Shown: positions 8,571 to 18,982, counted from the stretch's first letter. The stretch: DNA of 64,000 bases from Candidatus Cryptobacteroides avicola (GCA_017695115.1 JADILV010000035.1:4266-68265); one strand, 5' to 3'. The notes: generated by a model not told the origin, from the sequence alone. Numbers and translations are program-made.

Positions 8571-9317
8571 CTAGCAGTTCATTGCGCCGCAGCAGTGGAT
8601 TACCTGTCCGCTGACGTATGAAGAAAGCGGGCTGGCGAGGAAGAGTGCGACATTCGCCACATCCTCCGGAGTGCCGCCACGGCGGAGAGGAATCTGCTTT
8701 TCCCATTCCTGACGTACCTTCTCAGGAAGGGCATTGGTCATATCGGTGATGATGAATCCCGGAGCGATGCAGTTGGCACGGATTCCGCGAGGACCCATCT
8801 CCTTTGCGATGGATTTGGCCAGACCTATCATACCTGCCTTCGATGCGGAATAGTTGCACTGTCCGGCATTTCCTGATACTCCTACAACTGAAGACATGTT
8901 TATGATGCTTCCGCCACGCTGTTTTGCCATGACAGGGGTAACGGCATGGATGAAGTTGAAAGCGGATTTCAGGTTTACGGTAATGACTGCGTCCCACTGG
9001 GCCTCAGTCATTCTCATCATCAGGCCGTCTTTGGTGATACCTGCATTGTTTACCAGAATGTCGATACTGCCGAAATCCTCGAGAATCTGGTTTACCACGG
9101 TATGAGTCTCATCGAAATTTGCCGCATTTGAAGCGTATGCCTTGGCTTTGATGCCATAGGCTTCCAGTTCTTTGAGGGTCTGTTCCGCAGCCTCGTTGAT
9201 AGCGAGGTCGGTAAATGCGACATTAGCCCCTTCTGAAGCGAATTTCAAGGCAATCGCCTTGCCTATTCCTCTTGCCGCACCAGTGACAAGAGCTGTTTTT
9301 CCGTCAAGAAGTCCCAT
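8571..9317 (-). CDS. fabG: 3-oxoacyl-[acyl-carrier-protein] reductase
   Basis: 248 aa SDR. Shows TGAARGIGKAIA, NNAGIT and YSASKAG. Confidence 0.92.
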   Translation of the reverse strand: MGLLDGKTALVTGAARGIGKAIALKFASEGANVAFTDLAINEAAEQTLKELEAYGIKAKAYASNAANFDETHTVVNQILEDFGSIDILVNNAGITKDGLMMRMTEAQWDAVITVNLKSAFNFIHAVTPVMAKQRGGSIINMSSVVGVSGNAGQCNYSASKAGMIGLAKSIAKEMGPRGIRANCIAPGFIITDMTNALPEKVRQEWEKQIPLRRGGTPEDVANVALFLASPLSSYVSGQVIHCCGAMNC

Positions 9318-9385
9318 TCTTTTAAAAATTATAAGTTACTGTTATTTTGGATTCTGTCCCGTAATTATTCCGGCAAAAGCCGGTG

Positions 9386-9393
9386 CAAAATTA
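9386..9393 (-). promoter_or_regulatory. Bacteroidota -7 box (TAATTTTG on the minus strand)
   Basis: ~68 nt upstream of the fabG ATG. It is followed by a small CCGGC-UUUU-GCCGG hairpin. Confidence 0.35.
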
Positions 9394-9424
9394 TTCCAGA
9401 TTATCCGTATTAACAAATTATTCT

Positions 9425-10885
9425 TTACAAATACCTTTTTTCGTTCCTGTCAAGCGCTATGAATATGAAGATCATGGCTGTAAAGGCCCATAGCGAGGAG
9501 CCTCCGTAGCTCAGCAGCGGCAGAGGTATTCCGATTACAGGCACAAGTCCCATTGTCATGCCCACATTGATGAAAAGGTGCATGAATATGCAGCATGCGA
9601 CGCAGTATCCGTATATGCGTGTGAATGCCTCCCTGCTCCGTTCGGCATCATGCAGGATCCTCCATATCAGGAAGACGTACAGCAGGATTACCGAAGCCGC
9701 ACCGACGAATCCCCATTCTTCCCCGATAGTGCAGAATATGAAATCGGTGCTCTGTTCAGGCACGAATCCGTAGGTGGTCTGTGTCCCGTGCAGGAATCCT
9801 TTCCCGGAAAAGCCTCCGGAGCCGATCGCTATCATGGACTGGTTCACATTGTAGCCCACCCCTGAAGGATCGTCCTTAAGGCCCAGAAGCACTTCGATAC
9901 GTTTTCTCTGGTGGTCCTGCAGGACATCGTGGAAAATGAAGTCTACGGACATTATGAATGCTGTCCCTATTATGAAGGAGGCGATTACCCCGAGTTTGAA
10001 CCTGCTTCTGTCACGGTATGCCTTATATGCGTAAAAGAGTATTCCGGCTGCGGCGGCGACAGCGAAGAAGTACATCGGCCTGACTTTGCCGATGACTGTA
10101 TCCGGATCAGGAAACAGTGCCGATGTCCATCTGATGATGAACGGGACAAGCGCCAGAAAGACCATTACAGGCAATATGGAGGTCGCCCATTTCTTTATCC
10201 TTCCCGATTCGAGTGCGGAACACAGGGTGGCGACAGCAGCCAGTGCCAGCATCGAGACGAAAGGGGAGGCTGTGAGTGTAAGTATGAAAAGCAGTATCGC
10301 CATGCCTATAATGAAAAGCAGCCAGCCTGAGAGCCCTTCCCGGTACAGCATGAATACGAATCCGACATATACAAGGGCTGATCCTGTCTCGCTCTGGGCG
10401 ACAATGATCGCCATAGGGACAAGTATGATCAGTACAGTCAGAATGAAGTTTCTGGCTGTTGTCAGACGGTATCCTATCTGGCTCATGACAGTGGCCAGGA
10501 GCAGCGATGTAGCTATTTTGGAAATTTCGGCAGGCTGGAATCTTACGGGGCCGAATTCGAACCAGGATCTCGATCCCTTTACTTCCACGCCGAAGAAAAT
10601 GACGGCAACAAGAAGCAGTATGGTGGCGGCATAGAACAGAATGGACAGGCTGTCCCATACACGGGGGTTGATGATGAACAGTATGATTCCGGCCATGCCT
10701 ATGGCGGAGACTATCCATACGAACTGTTTTCCGCTGCGGCAGCTGAAATCGAATATCGACGCCGGTTCCGATGAGTGAACCGAAGCGTAGATGTTAACCC
10801 AGCCGATCATTACAAGCAGGAGGTAGGTCACTACCAATGACCAGTCTATTGATTTCAGAAAACTGTTTCCTCTGTAGCTGTTCAT
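9425..10885 (-). CDS. rodA: Rod shape-determining protein RodA (SEDS family peptidoglycan polymerase)
   Basis: 486 aa and polytopic, FtsW/RodA/SpoVE-like (…TDFIF…GEEWGF…PLPLLSYGGSS). Lies directly downstream of mrdA. Confidence 0.9.
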   Translation of the reverse strand: MNSYRGNSFLKSIDWSLVVTYLLLVMIGWVNIYASVHSSEPASIFDFSCRSGKQFVWIVSAIGMAGIILFIINPRVWDSLSILFYAATILLLVAVIFFGVEVKGSRSWFEFGPVRFQPAEISKIATSLLLATVMSQIGYRLTTARNFILTVLIILVPMAIIVAQSETGSALVYVGFVFMLYREGLSGWLLFIIGMAILLFILTLTASPFVSMLALAAVATLCSALESGRIKKWATSILPVMVFLALVPFIIRWTSALFPDPDTVIGKVRPMYFFAVAAAAGILFYAYKAYRDRSRFKLGVIASFIIGTAFIMSVDFIFHDVLQDHQRKRIEVLLGLKDDPSGVGYNVNQSMIAIGSGGFSGKGFLHGTQTTYGFVPEQSTDFIFCTIGEEWGFVGAASVILLYVFLIWRILHDAERSREAFTRIYGYCVACCIFMHLFINVGMTMGLVPVIGIPLPLLSYGGSSLWAFTAMIFIFIALDRNEKRYL

Positions 10886-10897
10886 TTTGCCTGGAAT

Positions 10898-12739
10898 TTA
10901 TCTGTCATTGACCTTGTCCAGCAGCACCCCTTCCATCATGCGCTTTTCAAGCGGCTTGCGCTGGGGCCCTATTTCCCTGTTGAGGTATTTCTCCGTCAGG
11001 AGGGATGCTATCGGAGCCGCCCATCTGGCCCCGAACGAACCGTGCTCGATGTAGGCCGCTACCGCTATTCTGGGGTTGTCCTTGGGCGCAAAGCAGATGA
11101 ATACCGAGTTGTCGTCCCCATGCGGATTCTGGGCCGTCCCCGTCTTGCCGCAGATGTCCAGCCCCTTGACTGCAGCGACAGTGGCCGTGGCGCCGGAGCC
11201 GTAACTGCTGTTCACGGCACGGAACATACCTTCTACTACCGTATCGAAATATGAGGTGTCCACCATCGTATACTGTTTTTCCCGGTATTTGGGGTCTATT
11301 TCCACTCCGTCCGATTCCCTGATGATATGGGGGATATAGTAGAAGCCGCGGTTTGCCATGATTGCACACAGGTTGGCCAGATGCAGGGGAGTGCATCCTA
11401 TTTCCCCTTGTCCGATGGAGAGCGATATGATATTTGTAGCTTTCCACCGGCCTTCGCCGTACATCCTGTCATACAGTTCTGGAGTAGGGATGTCCCCTCC
11501 CAGTTCTGAAGGAAAGTCGCTGCCCAGCTTGTGCCCGAACCCGAAACTGGAAACATATTCGTCCCATTTCGCCAGTGACTGTGCTACCGTTCCGTTTCCG
11601 GAATCTTCCAGGATCGAGCGGAATACATGGCAATAGTAGGCGTTGCAGGACATCATGATGGATTCTTCCATATCCAGAGGCGACCTGTGGTCATGACATC
11701 CCATTTTCCGGTTGCCGTATCTGTATCCCATGTGGCAGGGATATTCGGTTTGCGGCGTTACCACACCTTCCTGGAGGCCGATGAGAGCATTTACCAGCTT
11801 GAATACCGAACCTGGAGGATATGATGCCTGGACGGCGCGGTTGAACATTGGCTTGAGCGGGTCCGCGGCGATCCTCGAGTAGTGGCTCCCGATGTCGGCA
11901 AGGACGTCCACGTCTATTCCCGGACTTGATATCAGTGCGAGAATCTCTCCTGTGGAAGGTTCTATGGCTACAAGACTGCCGACTTTGTTCTGCATGAGAG
12001 TCTGGCCGTAGTTCTGCAGTTCCGCATCGATGGTCGTGACTATGTCCTTTCCCGGTATGGCTTCCTTGTCCATCTCCCCGTCCCTGTAGGATGATTCTAT
12101 TCTGTTGCGCGAGTCGCGCAGGTATATCTTGTATCCTTTTTCTCCTTTCAGGTATTTTTCGCATGTCGCTTCTATGCCGGTCATTCCCGCATAGTCTCCG
12201 GCTTTGTATTCATCGTTGTGGGCCTTTATGTATCTGGAGTCCACTTCCGATACATAGCCGAGCAGGTTCCCTCCGGCATTGTACGGGTATTGCCTGATGC
12301 TTCTCGGCTGGCCTCTGAATCCGGGGAACTTGTATGCAAGCTCCGCGAATCTCATGTATGTTTCGGGCGGGAGCTGCTTTAGCATGACTACGGACTGGTA
12401 TCCTATTTTCCTGCGGTTCCTGTAGTATCCGTCCATCTTGTCTTTTATGAATCCGGGGTCCACGCCCAATGCCCTGCTCAGGGCCAGGGTGTCGAATTCC
12501 GACACTTCTTTCGGTGTTACGAGTATGTCGTAGGCGACCTTGTTGCCGACGAGTATCTTGCCGTTGCGGTCATAGATTATCCCTCTGGTAGGGTATATGG
12601 TCGAATAGACCATCGAATTGTTGGATGCGTCAATCTTGTAGCTGTCATCCAGGATCTGTATGACAAACAGTCTGCCGATCAGTATAAGTGCGGTAACGGC
12701 CAGTCCGGCAAGTATCTTGTTTTCTTTGTTGAGTTTCAT
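10898..12739 (-). CDS. mrdA: Penicillin-binding protein 2 (elongasome transpeptidase)
   Basis: Motifs SVFK, SCN and KTGTA. The ORF is open to 12847, but the ATG at 12739 (MKLNKENKILAG, a membrane anchor) sits 14 nt after the mreD stop. Confidence 0.9.
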   Translation of the reverse strand: MKLNKENKILAGLAVTALILIGRLFVIQILDDSYKIDASNNSMVYSTIYPTRGIIYDRNGKILVGNKVAYDILVTPKEVSEFDTLALSRALGVDPGFIKDKMDGYYRNRRKIGYQSVVMLKQLPPETYMRFAELAYKFPGFRGQPRSIRQYPYNAGGNLLGYVSEVDSRYIKAHNDEYKAGDYAGMTGIEATCEKYLKGEKGYKIYLRDSRNRIESSYRDGEMDKEAIPGKDIVTTIDAELQNYGQTLMQNKVGSLVAIEPSTGEILALISSPGIDVDVLADIGSHYSRIAADPLKPMFNRAVQASYPPGSVFKLVNALIGLQEGVVTPQTEYPCHMGYRYGNRKMGCHDHRSPLDMEESIMMSCNAYYCHVFRSILEDSGNGTVAQSLAKWDEYVSSFGFGHKLGSDFPSELGGDIPTPELYDRMYGEGRWKATNIISLSIGQGEIGCTPLHLANLCAIMANRGFYYIPHIIRESDGVEIDPKYREKQYTMVDTSYFDTVVEGMFRAVNSSYGSGATATVAAVKGLDICGKTGTAQNPHGDDNSVFICFAPKDNPRIAVAAYIEHGSFGARWAAPIASLLTEKYLNREIGPQRKPLEKRMMEGVLLDKVNDR

Positions 12740-12753
12740 ATTCCGGATTCCTG

Positions 12754-13266
12754 CTACCTGGCGTTGGGTGTGAGAACATGTATTACAAGCAGCGCAAGCA
12801 GGCTGTCGCAGATGAGCGATGCTCCGAATCGTGCGGCATTGAACCAAAACGGCCTTACGCCGGCACCGTCTGCGATTACATATACGGCTGTGAATATGGC
12901 GTACGCTATGGTGACGGCAAGCAGGATTCTGCCGAAACTTGCCGATCTCGCACCGAAAGGATTTTCTTTTCCGGAGTCTTCATCCCCCATTACCATTTGC
13001 AGCAGCGGCAGCCGGACAAGGGCGACCGGAACGAGGGCGAGCGCGTTCAGCCCGATGATGCCTTCTGCCAGGAAATCCACCCCCAGCCCGGTCACGAAAG
13101 CGACCGCCATGCTTCCTATGGTCCCTATTTTCAACGGGAGGGCAAGTATCATTGCCGGAAGGATTGTTACATAAACATACGGGCTGACCTTGAAATAGTT
13201 GCAGATGACCATCTGGGCAACCGCAAGCAGAATGTATGTTACAGTGAAGTTCTGGTTCGTTTTCAT
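12754..13266 (-). CDS. mreD: Rod shape-determining protein MreD
   Basis: 170 aa and hydrophobic, positioned between mreC and mrdA. Confidence 0.8.
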   Translation of the reverse strand: MKTNQNFTVTYILLAVAQMVICNYFKVSPYVYVTILPAMILALPLKIGTIGSMAVAFVTGLGVDFLAEGIIGLNALALVPVALVRLPLLQMVMGDEDSGKENPFGARSASFGRILLAVTIAYAIFTAVYVIADGAGVRPFWFNAARFGASLICDSLLALLVIHVLTPNAR

Positions 13267-13281
13267 GGTCCGTCCTCCGGG

Positions 13282-14094
13282 TTATTGCTCTGAAACCAGA
13301 TTGTCGATTTCTTCTTTCCCCGAGTTCCGGACGACAGTCACATGCCTTAGGGATCTGAAGTCTTCGAACAGCCTGACCTTTATTTCGTATGTAGCACCGT
13401 TGACTATTCTTGATTCTCCGGTTGTGCCTATCGGTATGTCAGGAGGGAAGATCGATGAGAAGCCACTTGTGTATACGGTATCTCCGGGATTGAACGGTAT
13501 ATGATGGGGTATCTCGTTCAGAAGGGCTCCGTTTGTGTTTATCCCGTCCCAGATAAGTGAACCTACAGGGCCGTTTTTCCCGATTCTTGCACTTACGGTC
13601 ATCCCTGTGTTCTTGAATGATATTCCGTATGCGTAGTGCCGGCTTACCGCATCTATTATGCCTATTACTCCCTGGCCGGTGATTATGCCGGACTGCGGAG
13701 TGACGCCGTCTTCCGAGCCTTTGTTGATGATTATGTAGTTGTGCTGGCTGTTGTTGCTTACTTTGATGATGTTTGCGGGCATGTAGGCATATCTGCCTGT
13801 GCTGTCCGTCCTTGTGCCGACTGTGTCTCTGCCGGCCCTTTCATATTTCCGCACTTTCTGCGCCAGAAGGAAATTTTCTTCCGCCAGCCTGTCGTTCTCT
13901 TTTCTGAGCGAAAAATAGTTCTTGATGCCCTCCGTCTTGCCCCAGACTGCGGCATAGAATGCATGGGAGCCTTTCATTACCCATGTGCTTTGCAGTGCGC
14001 CGTTGCTCCTGAGCATATTCAATGCAGCTATCTCCAGGGCGATGAAGATAGCTGCATTGAATATTAGTGTGAATATTTTCCGGTTACCTGCCAT
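13282..14094 (-). CDS. mreC: Rod shape-determining protein MreC
   Basis: 270 aa with an N-terminal anchor, a coiled region and beta domains. Starts 1 nt after the mreB stop. Confidence 0.88.
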   Translation of the reverse strand: MAGNRKIFTLIFNAAIFIALEIAALNMLRSNGALQSTWVMKGSHAFYAAVWGKTEGIKNYFSLRKENDRLAEENFLLAQKVRKYERAGRDTVGTRTDSTGRYAYMPANIIKVSNNSQHNYIIINKGSEDGVTPQSGIITGQGVIGIIDAVSRHYAYGISFKNTGMTVSARIGKNGPVGSLIWDGINTNGALLNEIPHHIPFNPGDTVYTSGFSSIFPPDIPIGTTGESRIVNGATYEIKVRLFEDFRSLRHVTVVRNSGKEEIDNLVSEQ

Positions 14095-14095
14095 C

Positions 14096-15118
14096 CTATC
14101 TCATGAGGAACGGGTACTTTTCAGTATGCTTGAGAGCCAGACATGTTCCTCTGGCGACTGCCTTGAGCGGATCTTCCGCAACATGGAACGGGATGTTTAC
14201 CTTTTCGCTGAGCCTCTTGTCCAGACCTCTCAGAAGTGCGCCTCCTCCGGACAGGAATATCCCGCTTTCCACGATGTCCGCATACAGTTCCGGCGGTGTC
14301 TGCTCCAGTACATGCAGGATGGCCGATTCGATCTTGGCGATGGACTTGTCCAGACAATGGGCGATTTCCTGATAGGTTATTGTCGCTATTACAGGGTGTG
14401 CCGTCATGAGGTTCGGCCCTTTGACCACAAAAGGCTCCGGTTCGTCGTCCAGGTTCGGTATGACGGCGCCGACAGCTATTTTCAGCTTTTCTGCCGTAGG
14501 TTCCCCGACTTTTATGTTGTGCTGCTGCTTGAGGTAGTACTGGATGTCGTTGGTGAATACGTCTCCGGCCACCCTTACGCTGTTCTGCTGTACAATGCCT
14601 CCGAGGGATATTACGGCTATTTCCGTAGTTCCTCCTCCTATATCCACGACCATGCTTCCTCTCGGGGCTTCTACGTCAAGCCCGATTCCCAATGCTGCGG
14701 CCATAGGCTCGAAAATGAGATATACGTCACGGCCGCCGGCATGTTCGGTAGAATCGCGCACGGCGCGTATCTCTACCTCGGTACTGCCTGACGGAATCCC
14801 GACCACCACCTTGAGATTCGGAGTGAAAAGCGACCGGCGCTTGCTGTTGACCTGCTTTATGAAACCTCTGATCATCAGCTCGGCCGCGTTGAAGTCTGCA
14901 ATGACCCCGTCACGGAGCGGACGTATTGTCTTTATTCCGGGATTCTCCCTGTCCTGTATGAGTTTCGCCTGATGTCCGAGGGCGATGAGTTTGCCTGAGT
15001 TGTTGTCAAGTGCCACGATGCTCGGCTCGTCCAGCACTATCTGGTCGTTCTGGAAAATCACCGTGTTCGCCGTGCCGAGGTCGATTGCAAGTTCCTGGGT
15101 CAAAAAAGAGAATCCCAT
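14096..15118 (-). CDS. mreB: Rod shape-determining protein MreB (actin homologue)
   Basis: 340 aa. Shows AIDLGTANTVI, DIGGGTTE and LSGGGALLRGL. Confidence 0.95.
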   Translation of the reverse strand: MGFSFLTQELAIDLGTANTVIFQNDQIVLDEPSIVALDNNSGKLIALGHQAKLIQDRENPGIKTIRPLRDGVIADFNAAELMIRGFIKQVNSKRRSLFTPNLKVVVGIPSGSTEVEIRAVRDSTEHAGGRDVYLIFEPMAAALGIGLDVEAPRGSMVVDIGGGTTEIAVISLGGIVQQNSVRVAGDVFTNDIQYYLKQQHNIKVGEPTAEKLKIAVGAVIPNLDDEPEPFVVKGPNLMTAHPVIATITYQEIAHCLDKSIAKIESAILHVLEQTPPELYADIVESGIFLSGGGALLRGLDKRLSEKVNIPFHVAEDPLKAVARGTCLALKHTEKYPFLMR

Positions 15119-15160
15119 CTGTATACTGCGTTATAAATTTTATAAAAAATATCCAACCTG

Positions 15161-15168
15161 CAAAAATA
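15161..15168 (-). promoter_or_regulatory. Bacteroidota -7 box (TATTTTTG on the minus strand)
   Basis: ~42 nt upstream of the mreB ATG. Confidence 0.45.
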
Positions 15169-15180
15169 CGAAAAAAAAGT

Positions 15181-15188
15181 TAAATTTG
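15181..15188 (+). promoter_or_regulatory. Bacteroidota -7 box (TAAATTTG)
   Basis: ~33 nt upstream of the ispD ATG. Divergent from the mreB promoter. Confidence 0.45.
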
Positions 15189-15221
15189 CCGTATTATTGT
15201 CCATTAAGTTAAAAGAAACGG

Positions 15222-15929
15222 ATGGCTAGGGATAAATATCTGATTATTATGGCCGGAGGCTCCGGTTCACGCATGGGAGGACCGCTTCCGAAACAGTTCA
15301 TGGACTTGTCCGGACGGCCGGTGCTCCAGATGACCATGGAGCGTTTCCTTGATGCCGTGCCCGGCCTGAAGATCGTAACCGTCCTTCCGCAGGCCCATGC
15401 CGGACTCTGGAAAGAATTGTGCTACAAGAATAATTTCAATGTGCCGCAACTGATGGCGGAGGGAGGGTTCACCCGGTTCCACTCTGTCCGCAACGGGCTG
15501 GAGAGGGTTCCGGACGGGGCGCTTGTCGCTGTCCATGACGGTGTCCGGCCTCTGATTTCAACAGGGCTGATCGCATCTCTGTTCCGTCAGGCCGAGGATG
15601 TCCCGGCGGTGGTTCCTGTGATACCGTGTACCGACACCCTCCGTCCTGTCATAAGGCGGGCTTCGGACGGGAAACTGGAGCGGACGGATGACCCTCCTGT
15701 GGACCGCAGCCGTGTTTTTGCGGTCCAGACACCGCAGGTATTCTGGTCCGAGACACTGAAGAAAGCCTACAGGCAGGCATACGACGTGTCATTTACAGAT
15801 GATGCTTCGGTAGCAGAAAAAGCAGGAGTAGAAGTCATGTATGTTGACGGAGAAAAATCCAACATAAAACTTACTACTCCCGATGACATGAAGCTTGCAG
15901 AAGCTCTCTGCAGCATATTGCATTATTGA
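15222..15929 (+). CDS. ispD: 2-C-methyl-D-erythritol 4-phosphate cytidylyltransferase
   Basis: 235 aa. Shows IIMAGGSGSRMG...PKQF and VAVHDGVRP. Confidence 0.9.
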   Translation: MARDKYLIIMAGGSGSRMGGPLPKQFMDLSGRPVLQMTMERFLDAVPGLKIVTVLPQAHAGLWKELCYKNNFNVPQLMAEGGFTRFHSVRNGLERVPDGALVAVHDGVRPLISTGLIASLFRQAEDVPAVVPVIPCTDTLRPVIRRASDGKLERTDDPPVDRSRVFAVQTPQVFWSETLKKAYRQAYDVSFTDDASVAEKAGVEVMYVDGEKSNIKLTTPDDMKLAEALCSILHY

Positions 15930-16435
15930 TCTTCCCTCTTTTTCACATTGGCGGAGAAGCTGGTGTTCTGGTACTCTTTCACCCAGACCTGTCTCTCGAT
16001 TGCCTGGTCAAGGGAAATCTGTGTCTCCGTAGACTGGACATACGGGATTTTCTGGATTGTATTTACCAGGATTTCCATAAGGTGGTCGTGGTTGAAGCAG
16101 AATATTTTCAGCAGAAGGGCATATTTGCCTGTGACGAAATGGCATTCCACGATTTCCGAAATCTTTTTGAATGCTTCAATCACTTCCGGATATTTGTTGG
16201 CCTCTGAAAGGGAAACGCTTATGAATGCACATACATTCAGCCCCAGCGCCTGAGGCTTGACGAGCAGCCTGGAACCGGTTATGACTCCATTGGCTTCCAG
16301 CCTTTTCACCCGCTGATGTATTGCTGCCCCCGATACACCGCATTCTCTGGCTATTTCCAGGAAAGGCATACGGGCATTCTTCACCAGGAAAGACAGGATT
16401 TTCTGGTCGATCTGATCGATGTGATAGGAAGGCAT
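15923..16435 (-). CDS. Lrp/AsnC family transcriptional regulator
   Basis: 170 aa. Has a wHTH (DQKILSFLVKNARMPFLEIARECGVSGAAIHQRVKRLE) plus a RAM domain. Its 3' end overlaps ispD by 7 nt (convergent). Confidence 0.88.
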   Translation of the reverse strand: MPSYHIDQIDQKILSFLVKNARMPFLEIARECGVSGAAIHQRVKRLEANGVITGSRLLVKPQALGLNVCAFISVSLSEANKYPEVIEAFKKISEIVECHFVTGKYALLLKIFCFNHDHLMEILVNTIQKIPYVQSTETQISLDQAIERQVWVKEYQNTSFSANVKKREDQ

Positions 16436-16468
16436 AGTCTTTTAATATTTAAAAATTCATTATTCGCA

Positions 16469-16476
16469 CAAAGTTA
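16469..16476 (-). promoter_or_regulatory. Bacteroidota -7 box (TAACTTTG on the minus strand)
   Basis: ~33 nt upstream of the Lrp/AsnC ATG. Confidence 0.4.
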
Positions 16477-16557
16477 GAGAAAAATTTACAATTATGACAA
16501 TATCGGACGGTCAAAATTATAATTTATAATGAACATCCGGAAAATTGTCCCTTAATG

Positions 16558-18861
16558 TCATTTTTTCCTTGTCCTTCTTCCTGTCGGTTTTGTCGATGCG
16601 ATTATTCCGTTGCAGTCATCTTCCGTCAGAGCGGATGCGTCCGTGCCTTTAGGTATCCTGTAGTTGTGCCCGGCATGCTTGATATATGGCCCGTAGTTGC
16701 CGTCGATGACCTGGATGTCACTCTGTGGGAAAGACAGCAGTACGGCCCCGGCCTTTTTGTCGGCTGCCTGTTCAATGAGCCTGATGCAGCTGTTAAGGTC
16801 TATATTCAGCGGGTCGCTGCCCCGTGGCAGGGATATGTTCTTGTCTCCGTACTTCATATAGGGGCCGAAGCGGCCTTTGGTGCAGATGATGTCCATGCCG
16901 TTGTATTGTCCGACCTTCCTTGGGAGTCCGAACAGCTTCAGTGCCTCTTCCAGAGTGATGCTTTCGATAAGCTGGCCAGGGGCAAGACTGGCGAACTGTC
17001 TGTCATCGCCTTCTCCTTTCTGCACGTACGGGCCGTACTGTCCGTATCTGGCGATAACCGGTTTCCCGTCTTGCGGATTCGTGCCGAGTTCCCTGCTCAC
17101 GTGGCTGTACTGGTGGTCGTTAAGTACTTTTTCCACTCTTTGGTGGAACGGGCCGTAGAAAGCGGCTATGAGTTCATTCCAGACCATCTGCCCCTCGGCT
17201 ACCTGGTCGAAATCCTTTTCCACATCGGCCGTGAAGCCGTAGTCGAGGATTCTTCCGAAATTGTCTACCAGATAGTCGGTGACTATCATTCCTATTTCCT
17301 GCGGAAGCAGACGTCCTTTCCCTGCCCCGACAATTTCCGTCTTCTTCACAGTGCTGACTGTACCGTTTTCCAGAATCAGGTTGGTGACAGGGATTTTCTC
17401 TCCTTCCTTGTCCCCTTTTATGATGTAGCCGCGCCCTTTGGTGAGCGTTGATATGGTCGGTGCGTATGTAGAAGGCCGTCCTATTCCCAGTTCTTCCAGT
17501 TTCTTGACCAGAGTAGCTTCGGAATAGCGCATGGGAGGTGCCGTGAACTTGCATTCGGCCGTAATGCCTTTTTCTTCCATGACATCGCCTGTGTGGAGTT
17601 CCGGGAGCATTACCTCGTCCTCTTCCTGCGGTTCGTCCTGACTCTCGATGTAGAGTTTGAGGAAGCCGTCGAAAAGGACCTCGGTAGCCTGGATCGAAAA
17701 GAGTTCCGTCCCTTTGTCGGACCCGACTTTTATGTCGGTCTTCATTACTTTGGCGTCGGCCATCTGTGACGCCACTGTCCTTTTCCAGATCAGTTCGTAG
17801 AGCTTCTGTTCCTGCGGGGTCCCCTGGATCTCCGTGTGCTCGATATATGTCGGGCGGATGGCTTCGTGTGCCTCCTGGGCCCCTTTTGCCTTTGTCTTGT
17901 ACTGGCGTGTTTTTGAATATTCCTCCCCGAAATTCTCCGATATGTATTTCTTTGCCGTGCCTAAAGCCAGGGACGAGAGGTTTGTAGAGTCGGTCCTCAT
18001 ATAGGTTATGAATCCGGCTTCATAGAGTTTCTGTGCTATGCTCATGGTCTGGCTGACGGAGAATCTCAGTTTCCGGGCCGCCTCCTGCTGGAGAGAGGAA
18101 GTCGTGAACGGGGCTGCCGGGACACGTATTCCCTCTTTCTTGTCTATGCTTCTGATCGAGAACCGGGCCCCGATGCATTTCCTGAGATATTCTTCCGCGC
18201 TGTCCATGTCAGGGAATCTGGTGTCAAGAGTCGCCTTGACCGAAACCGTGTCCGGAGTCCCTTCCGGATGGAAAACCGCTTCTACCTTATAATATTGTTC
18301 CTTATGGAAATTCATGATTTCCCGTTCACGGTCAACGACAAGCCTGAGTGCTACCGACTGGACCCTTCCCGCAGAGAGTTTCGGCTGGATTTTCTTCCAG
18401 AGGATGGGAGAAAGTTCGAATCCGACCAGCCTGTCCAGTACCCTGCGGGCCTGCTGGGCATCCACCAGATTCATGTCTATGTCACGCGGATTCTCTATGG
18501 CATGCAGGATTGCATTCTTCGTGATTTCATGGAACACTATCCTCCTGGTGTTCTCTTTCTTGAGGCCCAGAGTCTCGTAAAGGTGCCATGAAATGGCCTC
18601 CCCTTCGCGGTCTTCATCGGATGCAAGCCATACCGTCTTTGCGTTTTTTGCGGCTTTCTTAAGCTCGGCCACCACTTTTTTCTTGTCTGACGGGATCTCG
18701 TATTCGGGCTTGAAGCCATGCTCTACGTCTATGCTGAGGGATTTGTCCTGCAGATCCCTTATGTGCCCGAAGCTGGATTTGACGATATAGTCTTTACCGA
18801 GGAATTTCTGTATTGTTCCGGCCTTTGCCGGTGACTCGACTATTACAAGGTTTTCTTCCAT
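16558..18861 (-). CDS. topA: DNA topoisomerase I
   Basis: Toprim start MEENLVIVESPAKAGTIQKFLG at 18861; the ORF is open to 18972. Topo IA core is present, with C-terminal repeats (GRFGPY/GQYGPY/GNYGPY). Confidence 0.93.
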   Translation of the reverse strand: MEENLVIVESPAKAGTIQKFLGKDYIVKSSFGHIRDLQDKSLSIDVEHGFKPEYEIPSDKKKVVAELKKAAKNAKTVWLASDEDREGEAISWHLYETLGLKKENTRRIVFHEITKNAILHAIENPRDIDMNLVDAQQARRVLDRLVGFELSPILWKKIQPKLSAGRVQSVALRLVVDREREIMNFHKEQYYKVEAVFHPEGTPDTVSVKATLDTRFPDMDSAEEYLRKCIGARFSIRSIDKKEGIRVPAAPFTTSSLQQEAARKLRFSVSQTMSIAQKLYEAGFITYMRTDSTNLSSLALGTAKKYISENFGEEYSKTRQYKTKAKGAQEAHEAIRPTYIEHTEIQGTPQEQKLYELIWKRTVASQMADAKVMKTDIKVGSDKGTELFSIQATEVLFDGFLKLYIESQDEPQEEDEVMLPELHTGDVMEEKGITAECKFTAPPMRYSEATLVKKLEELGIGRPSTYAPTISTLTKGRGYIIKGDKEGEKIPVTNLILENGTVSTVKKTEIVGAGKGRLLPQEIGMIVTDYLVDNFGRILDYGFTADVEKDFDQVAEGQMVWNELIAAFYGPFHQRVEKVLNDHQYSHVSRELGTNPQDGKPVIARYGQYGPYVQKGEGDDRQFASLAPGQLIESITLEEALKLFGLPRKVGQYNGMDIICTKGRFGPYMKYGDKNISLPRGSDPLNIDLNSCIRLIEQAADKKAGAVLLSFPQSDIQVIDGNYGPYIKHAGHNYRIPKGTDASALTEDDCNGIIASTKPTGRRTRKK

Positions 18862-18982
18862 AAATAAAAGTATCCGATTTATGACAATTCCGGCGTAGCC
18901 TTTCTGGGTCAATAAGATGGCCGTTTCCGGTTTCGGACTGCAAAGTAAGGAACAAACAGGGTAATTTTCCAAATTTTATCAG

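Noticed and set aside
12740-12847. N-terminal extensions offered by the ORF track for mrdA. Analogous extensions exist for topA (to 18972), PBP1A (18988), ddl (21266), dapD (48276), dapA (49157), the M20 gene (52458), the TonB-dependent receptor (53169), the antiporter (38109), the M16-like gene (27674) and comF (8399).
   Set aside because: The extensions overlap the upstream gene or a TAnnTTTG promoter box. They often start at TTG or GTG and encode non-protein-like sequence. Internal ATGs give canonical N-termini (signal peptides, the Toprim start, and so on).
16555-17451. A 298-aa plus-strand ORF antisense to topA. Similar long antisense ORFs occur at 13985-14791, 19792-20721, 40239-41222, 45566-46405, 49060-49875 and 56644-57804.
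   Set aside because: Each lies entirely inside a confidently identified gene on the other strand. Their Arg/Gly/Val/His-rich, low-information composition is typical of shadow frames in GC-rich coding DNA. None has promoter or start-codon context.
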